Below, piece by piece: positions 29,182-38,777 of a stretch of 64,000 nucleotides of DNA (position 1 is its first letter; every line of letters begins with the position of its first letter). Position numbers and translations under genes: made by a program. The DNA lies in IMG/VR virus record IMGVR_UViG_3300017909_001085, positions 61,861-125,860 of that record; one strand, written 5' to 3'. Under the pieces are notes generated by a model. The model was given only the letters and a program-made list of their open reading frames with translations, was not told the origin of the DNA and ran no database searches. Source of the DNA: a virus. Taxonomy: Duplodnaviria; Caudoviricetes.

Positions 29182-29568
29182 TTATATCGACAAAGTTTGA
29201 TTGCTTGTCTTGAACCCTTTTTTACGCATGACAGTTTTTGCTACAAGTTCAAACTCTTGACTTCTTTTATCATACTTGAGAACGAATGGCATATTTATAT
29301 CAGTTTGCATATCTTTCAAAACTGCTTCAGCATCCGGACCAAGTTGAGGAATCTTTTTTCCATGTTTGTTATAAGTTTGCTTAAACAAACGAGTAAGTTC
29401 TGCAGTAGTAATCTGTTTCTTGTTACGCTCATCGTTCACCCTATCTAAAAAATGTCTTGTGAATTCTACATCAATATTTACCTTTGCAAATAATCTATCT
29501 GCAAATTTTTCAATGCCGTCTAAATCTCTTTGAGATATCTCTTCTCTTAATTCTGTAAACTTACGCAT
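29182..29568 (-). CDS. Hypothetical protein, possibly head-internal, with a RelE/BECR-like signature
   Basis: MRKFTELREE leader; FTRHFLDR...KTVMRK. Confidence 0.5.
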   Translation of the reverse strand: MRKFTELREEISQRDLDGIEKFADRLFAKVNIDVEFTRHFLDRVNDERNKKQITTAELTRLFKQTYNKHGKKIPQLGPDAEAVLKDMQTDINMPFVLKYDKRSQEFELVAKTVMRKKGFKTSNQTLSI

Positions 29569-30949
29569 TCCATCCGTCCTTTACAATATTCATGTCTACT
29601 TTATATGCAGTAGTATTGTTTGCAACAGGACTAAAGAAATGCATACAGTCTCTAATTAAATATAGTCCTGAGTACTTTTTATTATAAACATCATCAGCAT
29701 CTTCTACTTTTCTAATAGCAGGATAATTAAACTCTAATAGTCTACCACATTCGATAACAGGGTTACCAGGTGCTTCAAAGTTTTCTACAACTTCATCATC
29801 AATTTGCTTCATAACTTGATGTCTAAGTAGAGCATAATCTTCTGGGTAAATAGTTCTAAAACCCTCTTCACCTTTTTTCTGTGCATGTATTTTTGTTTGC
29901 TTAGAACTTAATGAAATACTTATGTTTGAACTTATTCTTTTTTCAGGTCTTTCAAAGTGTGGGGACTTTGCCAAACGCTTTAATTTATCAAAGTCCTCAA
30001 AATAATCCCATGTGTTTACTGAATAGTTTTTGTGAAAGATATCATATGTAATATGCTTTGCATTCATGTTGCCATTCAATATATCTTCCGCTATTTTTTG
30101 TCTTTCAAGAATTCTGAAATCATCTACGTTTTGCGTTGTCTCACTACCTACCATACCTGACTGTGGTTTGCCATCTGAACCAATTACAGGAACACCAGGA
30201 ACTTTGTACATATACCCCTTTTTGATTTTACCACCTTTATCTCTTTCGTTTTCAACATCACCCATAAGGTCAGTGATAACCATATTCTTTTCTTTATCTA
30301 AAAGTGTGCCTGTTGATAGAAGTCTAAAACCTAACATGCTCTCATAAAAAAAGAAACCAGGTAAGTCTTTTTCAGACGATATTGATTTATTCAAAACCCA
30401 TCGTATCGCTTGACTAGGTCTCCACATAGGGCAGACTAATTTTAGTCCACCTAAAGACTTTTCTGCAGTTAATTGCTTAACACCAGTTGAAAGATATTGT
30501 GAAAATATTTGAGATATAATAGAATGAGGTTCACCTGTAAACGCAGATGATAGTGAAGTGTTCATATTCTTGTAACCTTCTTCACTAATCAATCTCATAG
30601 TAAATGCTTGTTTGCGTTCTTGTATAACTACATTCTCAATACCAATTACACGAAACCATAAGTCAACTTCAGTATCTATAGTACCTTCTTGCACATTGTA
30701 TTTGATGTGCATGATATTAGCACCACCGATAGGATAGTCAGGCATCATATCATTACTGTCATTAATAGTAATACTACCTGTTTGAAAAGGTGTCAATATA
30801 CTTTCACTGATAGTTAATTGAGAATATACGCTAAGTAAGTCTAGAAACTCTTTTGATTTTTTTGCATCATCGACTGTTTTTACTGAATTAGGAAACATAT
30901 TCAATGCTTCCATTATTACCTCACCGCCACCCTTAGTACCGCCGCTCAT
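29561..30949 (-). CDS. Baseplate hub protein (gp27-like)
   Basis: Lies between gp53 and gp5; FFFYES..GF and YSGLYLI....H.F motifs. Confidence 0.6.
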   Translation of the reverse strand: MSGGTKGGGEVIMEALNMFPNSVKTVDDAKKSKEFLDLLSVYSQLTISESILTPFQTGSITINDSNDMMPDYPIGGANIMHIKYNVQEGTIDTEVDLWFRVIGIENVVIQERKQAFTMRLISEEGYKNMNTSLSSAFTGEPHSIISQIFSQYLSTGVKQLTAEKSLGGLKLVCPMWRPSQAIRWVLNKSISSEKDLPGFFFYESMLGFRLLSTGTLLDKEKNMVITDLMGDVENERDKGGKIKKGYMYKVPGVPVIGSDGKPQSGMVGSETTQNVDDFRILERQKIAEDILNGNMNAKHITYDIFHKNYSVNTWDYFEDFDKLKRLAKSPHFERPEKRISSNISISLSSKQTKIHAQKKGEEGFRTIYPEDYALLRHQVMKQIDDEVVENFEAPGNPVIECGRLLEFNYPAIRKVEDADDVYNKKYSGLYLIRDCMHFFSPVANNTTAYKVDMNIVKDGWNA

Positions 30950-30953
30950 AATA

Positions 30954-31778
30954 TTATTCCTTTATAAGTTCTCTAAACTCTTCAACAAACTCTTGTAGAA
31001 GATTAGGTCTTAAAATATTAATCTGTCTTTTTGCTTCGTTAATTCTTTCTTCGTACACTCTATTAGTAATAGCATCAGTATTCTTAGTTTGCTCTGTGCC
31101 GGGACTTGTAATTTCAGTATATGTTGTTGCAGTTGTAATAACTTTCTTTGTAGTATCACCAGATGCTTGAGGGTACTCATAATGATGTATACCATCAGGA
31201 CCAGAGTTAGTTTTATATAATTTGTATATAGAAGTATCGAAAGATGATGTGCCGTGACCTCTTGTAGGACCGTCTGGCATATAGAACACTGTGTTAGGAA
31301 ACTCTGAGAATGTATGAGTATGCGCCCCACCAGAAAACTCTTTTAATCTATCATAGTTTCTTGCTTCTTCAATTGATAGAAATAAAGGATAATAATATCC
31401 ATTCACACCTGAGTAATAATTACCTGTGCTAGTTTCTGTGCCTTTGACTGCATAAGGTCCCATGCCACCATACTTTTTATTAATCATGTTTTTAAGTTCA
31501 CGTTCAGTTCGTGGCCAGTCTTCGTATAAATCATGTATTTCATTTGTGACCATAATTACCCATGCAAATTTACTTGAATTATAAAACTGATGTGCTAAGA
31601 TATCTGGACGCTCACCTTCTTGTATGTCATATGGATCATATGAAAACGCACTGTTTGCAACACGACTATTTAATTTTACTCTACGAATAATATCTTTGGT
31701 GATTATAACATTCGTTTCAATATCACCAGGTTTTGTAACGTCATAGAACGTCACTGGAAAGGATTCAAAGTAACTCAT
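30954..31778 (-). CDS. gp53: Baseplate wedge protein with inserted domain
   Basis: MSYFE.FP, GERPDILA..FY..W.I...N, WP and YEERINE.KRQI.IL motifs. Confidence 0.88.
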   Translation of the reverse strand: MSYFESFPVTFYDVTKPGDIETNVIITKDIIRRVKLNSRVANSAFSYDPYDIQEGERPDILAHQFYNSSKFAWVIMVTNEIHDLYEDWPRTERELKNMINKKYGGMGPYAVKGTETSTGNYYSGVNGYYYPLFLSIEEARNYDRLKEFSGGAHTHTFSEFPNTVFYMPDGPTRGHGTSSFDTSIYKLYKTNSGPDGIHHYEYPQASGDTTKKVITTATTYTEITSPGTEQTKNTDAITNRVYEERINEAKRQINILRPNLLQEFVEEFRELIKE

Positions 31779-32836
31779 TAGTAACCCTCTTCAATTCTGT
31801 GTTTATGTAATGGTTCAATTTCTCTGAAGTTCATAGTACATTGTATCTCTGTTGGTTGACCATCTCTGTTTGTAGCAAACACACCAGTAGAAGTATAGTT
31901 AGTTGTAAATGAAGTCAGATAACATGTTGATATTCTATGCATGTATTTGTTCTCGTTATTTTTATGCATAACAGTAATATCAAACATAGAAGGATAATCA
32001 AAGAACAGTCCAGAAGGTATCAACTCTGGATGCATATGAAATCTAAAAGTTTTAATAATATTATCAATTGCTCTCATTTCTTGTTCAGAACGTGCGGCAA
32101 ACTCATAGACAAATTGAAACTCTCTAAAAGAAACACTTTCAAATCTTTGTTCGATATGAGGATTAGAAACTCTTCTTGTTGATACTTCCATAATATTTTG
32201 TAAGTTCATACCGAAAGCATCAGGAAGTGCCGCAAATGTTTCCATCGCAAGTCGTGCCGCTTGACCACCTAGATTTGCTATGTCTTGATTCCCTTGCTCA
32301 CCAGCACCTATTCTAGATAGAAGACCTGCAACTGCACCTAACTTTGCTTCAGTATAATTTGCGCTTGATGTAGCAGTAAAAGTATTAGGCACTGCAAGTG
32401 CAATAGACGCATTCAACTTCTTTAGATTTTGTGCGCCACCAAAAGCACCATTCTTAAACTTACCTACTGAAGATGTAACACCTTCAGGTATAGCATTAAG
32501 TGCTTTGTCTGCTAAACCACCTTCACCAACACCAGCAAGATTTTTTACACCTTGTTCTAAATTCTCTATTGCTTTTGATGCTTTGTTGCCAACAATAGCA
32601 GAATGACCTTTCCATGCTTTAGGTTCATCTCTAGTTCCTTGAATATTAGTAAAAGACGTAGTTTCATCAAAATAGATATCAAAGATAATATGATTATCAA
32701 GTTCTGCAGGTGCATCTATACCCATGTCAATCGGATATGTTAATCCAGCAGAACCATAACGTCTACCCGTTTTCTTAGGTTCTCTTTTGACAGGTACTCT
32801 AGTGTATGTTTGTTCTGAGAATGAGTTTAGCGCCAT
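31778..32836 (-). CDS. gp48: Baseplate tail tube cap
   Basis: NPH.EQ.F..V.FR.F.F.Y.F, IIK.FR.HMHP and F.E.E.L motifs. Confidence 0.85.
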   Translation of the reverse strand: MALNSFSEQTYTRVPVKREPKKTGRRYGSAGLTYPIDMGIDAPAELDNHIIFDIYFDETTSFTNIQGTRDEPKAWKGHSAIVGNKASKAIENLEQGVKNLAGVGEGGLADKALNAIPEGVTSSVGKFKNGAFGGAQNLKKLNASIALAVPNTFTATSSANYTEAKLGAVAGLLSRIGAGEQGNQDIANLGGQAARLAMETFAALPDAFGMNLQNIMEVSTRRVSNPHIEQRFESVSFREFQFVYEFAARSEQEMRAIDNIIKTFRFHMHPELIPSGLFFDYPSMFDITVMHKNNENKYMHRISTCYLTSFTTNYTSTGVFATNRDGQPTEIQCTMNFREIEPLHKHRIEEGY

Positions 32837-32845
32837 GACTTTCCC

Positions 32846-32875
32846 TATAAATAGTAATTACAATGATTATTTATA
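32846..32875. promoter_or_regulatory. Divergent pair of late promoters for gp48 and gp4
   Basis: TATAAATA on + at 32846-32853 and on - at 32868-32875. Confidence 0.85.
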
Positions 32876-32887
32876 AGAGTTTTATGA

Positions 32888-33322
32888 ATGGCATACAAAG
32901 GAAGATATTCTCCAGTCAATAAAGAAAAATATCAAGGCAACCCTAGTAATGTTATTTATCGTTCATTATGGGAACGAAAACTGATGAAGTGGTGTGACTT
33001 GAATCCAGATGTTCTGAAATGGGGTAGTGAAGAGACTGTCATACCTTACGTTTCACCTTTAGATAACAAAATTCATCGATACTTTGTAGATTTCTATATT
33101 CAAGTACGCACACAAGAAGGCGAACTTAAATCATATCTAGTAGAAGTGAAACCTAAAAAATATACGAAAGCACCCCCTACAAATCCTAAGAAAAAGACTG
33201 CACGATGGTTTGGTGAAGTGAAAAGTTGGGGTGTCAATTCTGCTAAATGGAAAGCGGCAAGTGAGTATGCACAAGATAGAAACTGGGATTTCATAATTTT
33301 AACAGAAGACCATCTGAACTAG
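32888..33322 (+). CDS. gp4: Head completion nuclease
   Basis: YRSLWE, WGSEE..IPY.SP.D...HRYFVDF, EVKP and N.AKW.AA motifs. Confidence 0.93.
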   Translation: MAYKGRYSPVNKEKYQGNPSNVIYRSLWERKLMKWCDLNPDVLKWGSEETVIPYVSPLDNKIHRYFVDFYIQVRTQEGELKSYLVEVKPKKYTKAPPTNPKKKTARWFGEVKSWGVNSAKWKAASEYAQDRNWDFIILTEDHLN

Positions 33323-33335
33323 CATAAATACTAGT

Positions 33336-33923
33336 ATGGCAGAGATTAGAGTACTTGAAGAAATAAGAGCGGCGACCGGAGACCAAAGACGTTCGGCGCA
33401 GTGGTATCAAGACCAAGTTAAAAGACTGGTTGGTACGTCATATCCTGGACCTCAATTTCAGCGTGAATATTCTGAGAACTTAACTAATAGAATGTTACCT
33501 GGTCGCTTATATCTTATTAACTACTCAAATCCAATAACAAAGGATAAGTTACCTTACTATGATATGTTTCCTCTAATACTACCTTTCAATATTGAGAGTA
33601 GTCTTGTCACTGCTATAAACTTTCACTACTTACATCCTACTTCTAGAATTATATTACTTGAAAAGTTAAGTAGATTTAAGATTGGTGATACTGATATACA
33701 AACACGAATTCGTGCAGACTGGAACATACTGAGCAACTTCGCAAGATTTAGAGAAGTAAGACCTGCAGTAAAAAAGTATAGAAGAAGTCAGATAAAAGGT
33801 AGACTACTTTTTATACAACCAGATGACTGGACAACTGCCGCTATTTTGCCTACTGAACAATTTAGAGGTGCAAGTAAACAGAAAGTATATCTAGACAGTA
33901 ACAGAAAAATGAGGCAACGATAA
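33336..33923 (+). CDS. gp2: DNA end protector protein
   Basis: LPYYD.FPL, INFHYL and A..LPTEQF motifs. Confidence 0.88.
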   Translation: MAEIRVLEEIRAATGDQRRSAQWYQDQVKRLVGTSYPGPQFQREYSENLTNRMLPGRLYLINYSNPITKDKLPYYDMFPLILPFNIESSLVTAINFHYLHPTSRIILLEKLSRFKIGDTDIQTRIRADWNILSNFARFREVRPAVKKYRRSQIKGRLLFIQPDDWTTAAILPTEQFRGASKQKVYLDSNRKMRQR

Positions 33924-34669
33924 TGGCGATTAGAGAATTTCTAGCAACAGTAAAAAGCGCAGGTCTTGCAAAGTCTAGTAAATACATGGTAGTACTAGAT
34001 TTACCAAAAGGACCTTCAGCAAACAATTTTGGGCGTTCAAATGTTTGGGGTGGTCTTACTAGTGGTGGTAATCAATTTAGTAATTACTCTCAAATGGTAG
34101 AAGGACAAAGACTTGTTAGTTTATACTGTGAAGCGGCATCATTGCCATCACTCAACATTGATACTAAATTAAACAAAGTATATGGTCCTGGTCGTGAAAT
34201 GCCATACGGTGTAAGTTACTCACCTGTCAATTTAACTTTCTATATTGATAGAGATTATATTGTCAAAAGATTTTTTGATACATGGCAGAGAAGTATTATT
34301 AATGAAGATACACATCACGCAAACTTCTATAATGAGTATGTAACCCAAGTTCATATCTTAGCACTTGATGCGGCAGACGGTATGGATGTATCCCAATCAA
34401 GTCTCAAAGCAAGATATCAATGTACTCTTTTAGAAGCATATCCAAAAACAGTTGCAGAAGTCGCTTACGGTGCAGGCAATGCTGAAGTTGCCAGACTACA
34501 GGTTTCAATGCAATTTAGAAAGTGGACTGAGACTACATCACCTTTTGGTATTGGTTCAGTTCAAGCGTCACAGAAGTCGCCTGAATATATCATATATAAT
34601 CCAGCGCAAGGTACATTTAGAGCAGACACTTCAGCAACAAGATTTAACGATGCAGGTATTAGTATATAA
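33923..34669 (+). CDS. gp54: Baseplate tail tube initiator (tube-protein fold)
   Basis: CEAASLP, FFDTWQ and L.EAYPKTV motifs; synteny. Confidence 0.7.
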   Translation: MAIREFLATVKSAGLAKSSKYMVVLDLPKGPSANNFGRSNVWGGLTSGGNQFSNYSQMVEGQRLVSLYCEAASLPSLNIDTKLNKVYGPGREMPYGVSYSPVNLTFYIDRDYIVKRFFDTWQRSIINEDTHHANFYNEYVTQVHILALDAADGMDVSQSSLKARYQCTLLEAYPKTVAEVAYGAGNAEVARLQVSMQFRKWTETTSPFGIGSVQASQKSPEYIIYNPAQGTFRADTSATRFNDAGISI

Positions 34670-34689
34670 TTAACTAAGGAGAAAATATT

Positions 34690-35394
34690 ATGGCACTACC
34701 TAGACTTGATACACCACAGTATGATTTGAAATTGTATAATGGTGACAATATCAAATTTCGTCCATTTCTCGTAAAAGAACAAAAAATTCTTTTGATGGCA
34801 ATGGAAGAAAAAGACAATACGCACATGCTCAATGCAATGAAGCAAGTAATTAATAATTGCACTTACGACCAAATTAAAATCGACAGTCTTCCAATCTTTG
34901 AAGTAGAGAATATCTTTCTACGTTTAAGAGAGAAGTCAATAGGTGAAGAAGTCGAATTTAGAGTTAAATGCACAGATAGCGAATGTGAAGGTTTAACTCA
35001 CATGACAGTAGACTTAGGAACTGTTGGATATGATAATACTCAACTACCTGATACTAAACTTACAATTAGTCCTAATGTCGTTCTTAATATGAAATATCCA
35101 ACTTTACAAAATCTAGATACTATTCAGAACTTAGAAAACATTGAAGACAACTTCTCATTTCTTGCTAGTTGTATTGAAAGCATTGAAGCAGATGGTAACA
35201 TCTACACAATGGATACCACTTCAGTAGATGAAGTTCAAGGATTTCTAGAAAGTATGACTAATCAGCAGTTCGCTTTAGTACGAGATTTCTTTGTAAAGTT
35301 ACCTAAGGTAAGTAAGAAACTTGAATACACATGTTCAGGTTGTGGTAAGGAGAACACTAGAGTAATAACAGGATTACAAAATTTTTTAGTATAA
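34690..35394 (+). CDS. gp26: Baseplate hub assembly chaperone
   Basis: MALP..P.Y, FRPFLVKEQKILL, LR.KSIGE, CxxC motifs and GLQNF end. Confidence 0.9.
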   Translation: MALPRLDTPQYDLKLYNGDNIKFRPFLVKEQKILLMAMEEKDNTHMLNAMKQVINNCTYDQIKIDSLPIFEVENIFLRLREKSIGEEVEFRVKCTDSECEGLTHMTVDLGTVGYDNTQLPDTKLTISPNVVLNMKYPTLQNLDTIQNLENIEDNFSFLASCIESIEADGNIYTMDTTSVDEVQGFLESMTNQQFALVRDFFVKLPKVSKKLEYTCSGCGKENTRVITGLQNFLV

Positions 35395-35411
35395 TCCTCT
35401 CACATGACAAT

Positions 35412-35573
35412 ATGGTCAATTATATGAAGACTAATTTTGCACTAATGCAACATCATAAATACTCATTGACAGAACTTGAAAATATGATGCCGTGGGAGAG
35501 GGAAGTATATATCACTTTGTTGACCCAATACATTGAAGAAGAGAATGAAAAAGCAAAACAAAGGAAGATGTAA
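35412..35573 (+). CDS. gp51: Baseplate hub assembly catalyst (missed by ORF track; probably reached by -1 frameshift from gp26)
   Basis: NYMKTNFALMQHHKYSLTELENMMPWEREVY. Confidence 0.85.
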   Translation: MVNYMKTNFALMQHHKYSLTELENMMPWEREVYITLLTQYIEEENEKAKQRKM

Positions 35574-35905
35574 TGGCAGAAGAAATAAAACAAGCAGGAT
35601 ATCATCCAGCAGATGTTAATGGTGATGGTAAAGTATCACCAAACGAGCAAGAGATGTATCTTGAATTTAAGCGTAAAGAACTAGAGGATGCAGATGCGAG
35701 AAGGGACGCTATGAGACAAATGACATGGTTTGCATTGTTGGGTATGTTATTCTATCCAGCAGGCATTTTGATTACATCATTACTAGGACAAGAAAAAGCG
35801 GCGACACTGATTGCAGATATCGCACCGACTTATTTTGTCGCTATTTCAGCATTGGTTGCCGCCTACTTTGGGGCAAATGCTTATGCTGATAAGAAAAGTA
35901 AATAG
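35573..35905 (+). CDS. Small membrane protein (holin-like) with an EF-hand-like DVNGDGKV motif
   Basis: Two hydrophobic helices; VAAYFG. Confidence 0.5.
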   Translation: MAEEIKQAGYHPADVNGDGKVSPNEQEMYLEFKRKELEDADARRDAMRQMTWFALLGMLFYPAGILITSLLGQEKAATLIADIAPTYFVAISALVAAYFGANAYADKKSK

Positions 35906-35913
35906 GTAGTTAA

Positions 35914-37956
35914 ATGGCAGATAAAGATAGCATCGGCGGACTAAATGAAGCAGTAGAAACTCTTAATAAAGATAATCATCAGGATTCTATTCAGAGTAAT
36001 CAAGTACTAGGCGACATTTCTGCTACTATGCAAGATGTGTATAGTATCAACTCACAGATGCTTGAAGTTATGACTGCTATTCAACAATCACTTGCACCAG
36101 ACGCATTTGGTGCGGCACAAGCAACAGAAACAGCAAGAGAAGGAGCAGGCGCACCTGTTGTGGGTGGACCTGCTGATGCATCTACTGTTCAATCATCTGG
36201 AGGTGGTGGAGGTGGTTTTGGTATGCTTGCTCTCGCAGGTGCCGCTGTTGCTGGTGGTGTTGCAGGTATCATTGCAGGACTTGCAGGACTTCTAGACTTT
36301 GATGCTGATAAAGTAAAAGAAAAAGTAAAAACTCTATTATCAATTAAAGATGAAGTCGCTGATGGTAGTCTTTTGAAAATGCTAGGTGAGAGTGGAACAT
36401 TTGCACTTGCCATGGGTGGTATAGGTTTCGGTCTCGCCGCATTTGGTATAGGTGCCGCAGTTATGGGTGGAGGTATGGCACTCGCTGATTGGACAGGTGG
36501 TGAAAATTGGTCGCAAAAAATTAAAGACCATGTAGTAACTTTAATGTCAATTAAAGATGCACTCGGTGGTAATTTAGATTTCTTAGCATCTGGTGGATCA
36601 TTTGCTCTTGCTATGACAGGTGTTGGTGCTGGTCTTGCCGCATTTGGTATAGGTGCCTCAGTTATGGGTGCTGGAATGTCGCTAAGTGATTGGATGGGTG
36701 GTGAAAATTGGTCACAAACAATTAAAGACCATGTCATTACACTTATGTCTATCGATGATGCGCTAGGTGGTGCCGCTTCATTCATAGGCGAAAGCGCAAC
36801 ATTCTTACTTGCAATGGGTGGTATAGGAGCAGGTCTTGCCGCATTTGGTATAGGTTCTGCAATCGGTGGACTAGGAGAAGCAGTTGCTAAATTTACATCT
36901 GGTGAAAACTGGTCAGAGAACGTAGTTAATCATGTAAAAACTCTTGCTAGTGTAAGTGATGAAGTTGATGTAGAAGAAGCAAAAACATTCGCTGAAACAA
37001 TGACTATTATGGGTAAAGGACTTGCAACATTCGGAACAGCAGAATTCTTGGGAGCAATTACAAGTGCAGGTGCTAAACTAGTCAACTTCTTATCTGGTAA
37101 TGAAAGTCCTATTGAACAGATGATGAAGATTGCTGATAATTCATATGACTTAGAAGTTGGTGCCGCCGCACTTGAAAAAATTCAAAGTGCATTAGCAGGA
37201 TTAGGTTCACTAAACTTTGATGGTAGTAACTTAGGTCTAAAAGAATTTGCAGAAGACTTAGTATCGGCCGTTCCTGCAATTGAAAACGCAATCATGGGCG
37301 GTAAGATTGATGGCGGGATATTCTTTGGTGAAGACGTTGAGTTCAAAGGTCTTGCATCACCCGACATTGACTTTGAATCCGCTCTCGCAAGAATAGCACA
37401 ACTCAAGCAAGCACTTGGTGCTGGTATGGGTGGTGGTTCTGAAACTACTCCTGCATCAACCGCAACTGCAGTTCCAGCAAGCACAGGTTCTATCGCCGGC
37501 GGAGGTGATATGCAAGTTGTAGAAGCAGATGGTCTTACGCTTCCATATAATAGTAGTGAAAAAATGAGAAGGTCTAAGCAACTTGCAAAAGCACTTGGTC
37601 TTGGCAGTGCAAGTCGTGCAACATTTGAAGCAGGTATTCCTACAAATATTGATGGAGTTGATGTTCCAACATATCTCTATACTGATGCAGAGATTGACCA
37701 TATCAATGCCTCTAGAGATGCTAGAGCGGTAATGGATGGTACTACACCAAATTTCATTCCGACTAGACAATCAGGTGAAAATCTTCAAATGGCACAATCA
37801 GAAGCAAATGCGAATGACCAAGGTACAGGTGATGGTACTGTTGCAGTTCAAAACAACATTTCACCAAACACAGTAAACAATGCTTCGACTACAAATCTTG
37901 CGTCACGAAACGAACATCATACTGAACAGAAATATAAACTTATGGGGTTTGCTTAA
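35914..37956 (+). CDS. Probable tape measure / hub subunit (gp29-like)
   Basis: Ala/Gly-rich, with three ~76-aa repeats (F.LAM.G.G.GLAAFGIG...GGENWS...HV.TL); follows gp26/51. Confidence 0.65.
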   Translation: MADKDSIGGLNEAVETLNKDNHQDSIQSNQVLGDISATMQDVYSINSQMLEVMTAIQQSLAPDAFGAAQATETAREGAGAPVVGGPADASTVQSSGGGGGGFGMLALAGAAVAGGVAGIIAGLAGLLDFDADKVKEKVKTLLSIKDEVADGSLLKMLGESGTFALAMGGIGFGLAAFGIGAAVMGGGMALADWTGGENWSQKIKDHVVTLMSIKDALGGNLDFLASGGSFALAMTGVGAGLAAFGIGASVMGAGMSLSDWMGGENWSQTIKDHVITLMSIDDALGGAASFIGESATFLLAMGGIGAGLAAFGIGSAIGGLGEAVAKFTSGENWSENVVNHVKTLASVSDEVDVEEAKTFAETMTIMGKGLATFGTAEFLGAITSAGAKLVNFLSGNESPIEQMMKIADNSYDLEVGAAALEKIQSALAGLGSLNFDGSNLGLKEFAEDLVSAVPAIENAIMGGKIDGGIFFGEDVEFKGLASPDIDFESALARIAQLKQALGAGMGGGSETTPASTATAVPASTGSIAGGGDMQVVEADGLTLPYNSSEKMRRSKQLAKALGLGSASRATFEAGIPTNIDGVDVPTYLYTDAEIDHINASRDARAVMDGTTPNFIPTRQSGENLQMAQSEANANDQGTGDGTVAVQNNISPNTVNNASTTNLASRNEHHTEQKYKLMGFA

Positions 37957-38143
37957 CCTCACACACATAATGTGCGATTGACGGTTGAAAATCTTTTCTA
38001 CGTTCTTCCATCACTTGTTCTCCGTGATAGATACACTTTTCGTATGAAGAGTATTCTGCAGGCACTTGAAAGAATACACCAGCAGTTACAAATATTGTTA
38101 AGATGAATGTGTTCATGCGGATGCTATTAACCAAAAAACCCAA
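37940..38143 (-). CDS. Small hypothetical exported protein
   Basis: Hydrophobic N-terminus and a Cys pair; true start probably at MNTF. Confidence 0.45.
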   Translation of the reverse strand: MGFLVNSIRMNTFILTIFVTAGVFFQVPAEYSSYEKCIYHGEQVMEERRKDFQPSIAHYVCEVKQTP

Positions 38144-38559
38144 GCAATAATTCCTACTGCACCTATAACTAACAGACCAGAAACTCCAATCTCAAACCAC
38201 TGATATATCTGTGCATCTCTTTTTGCTTTTTGTCGTATTGCTTCTTTTTTTGCTTCTTCTCTTCTTCTTGCCGCTTCAGATTGAAACTTAATCCAATCTT
38301 GCCACATACCAGGTCGTCCTGTGTAAATCATAAGTTCTCGGAGTTCATCTTCTTGTGCTTTGATTTGTTCAAGTGCCATAAACTCTTCTAAGTCGGACTT
38401 ATCCGATTTGTTACTTTGATTGACTTCTCTTTGCAACTTATTTTTGGCATCAAAATAGTTCATGAGTTGGTCGCCCATCTCATAGAGTTCTTTTCCGTTA
38501 GACAGAAATTCTTTTACTGTTTTGAATGCCGCAGTTGCCACTGCTAATTCCGCAAGCAT
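38113..38559 (-). CDS. Coiled-coil protein with C-terminal TM helix
   Basis: MLAELAVA..AF, EEFMALEQIK..E.ELRELMIY.GRPG.W; late promoter at 38630-38637. Confidence 0.65.
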   Translation of the reverse strand: MLAELAVATAAFKTVKEFLSNGKELYEMGDQLMNYFDAKNKLQREVNQSNKSDKSDLEEFMALEQIKAQEDELRELMIYTGRPGMWQDWIKFQSEAARRREEAKKEAIRQKAKRDAQIYQWFEIGVSGLLVIGAVGIIAWVFWLIASA

Positions 38560-38640
38560 TTTGATTCCTCTTTAGTTGGAAAGAAGAATATAGTTCGCTA
38601 GTTAATAATGATTGTCACTCTCTCGTTAATATTTATAAAG

Positions 38641-38667
38641 AAAGGGGCGGATGAACCGCCCCTTTTA
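38641..38667. terminator. Intrinsic terminator after gp32
   Basis: AAAGGGGCGG-atgaa-CCGCCCCTTTT. Confidence 0.85.
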
Positions 38668-38777
38668 ATTACATTACTGTTATTTTTTTATGAGATACCT
38701 ACAGCAAACGCATGTAGACCAAACTAGTATAAGACGAATACCTCATAGAGGAATAACTTCCAGGTTCTCCTATGTGT

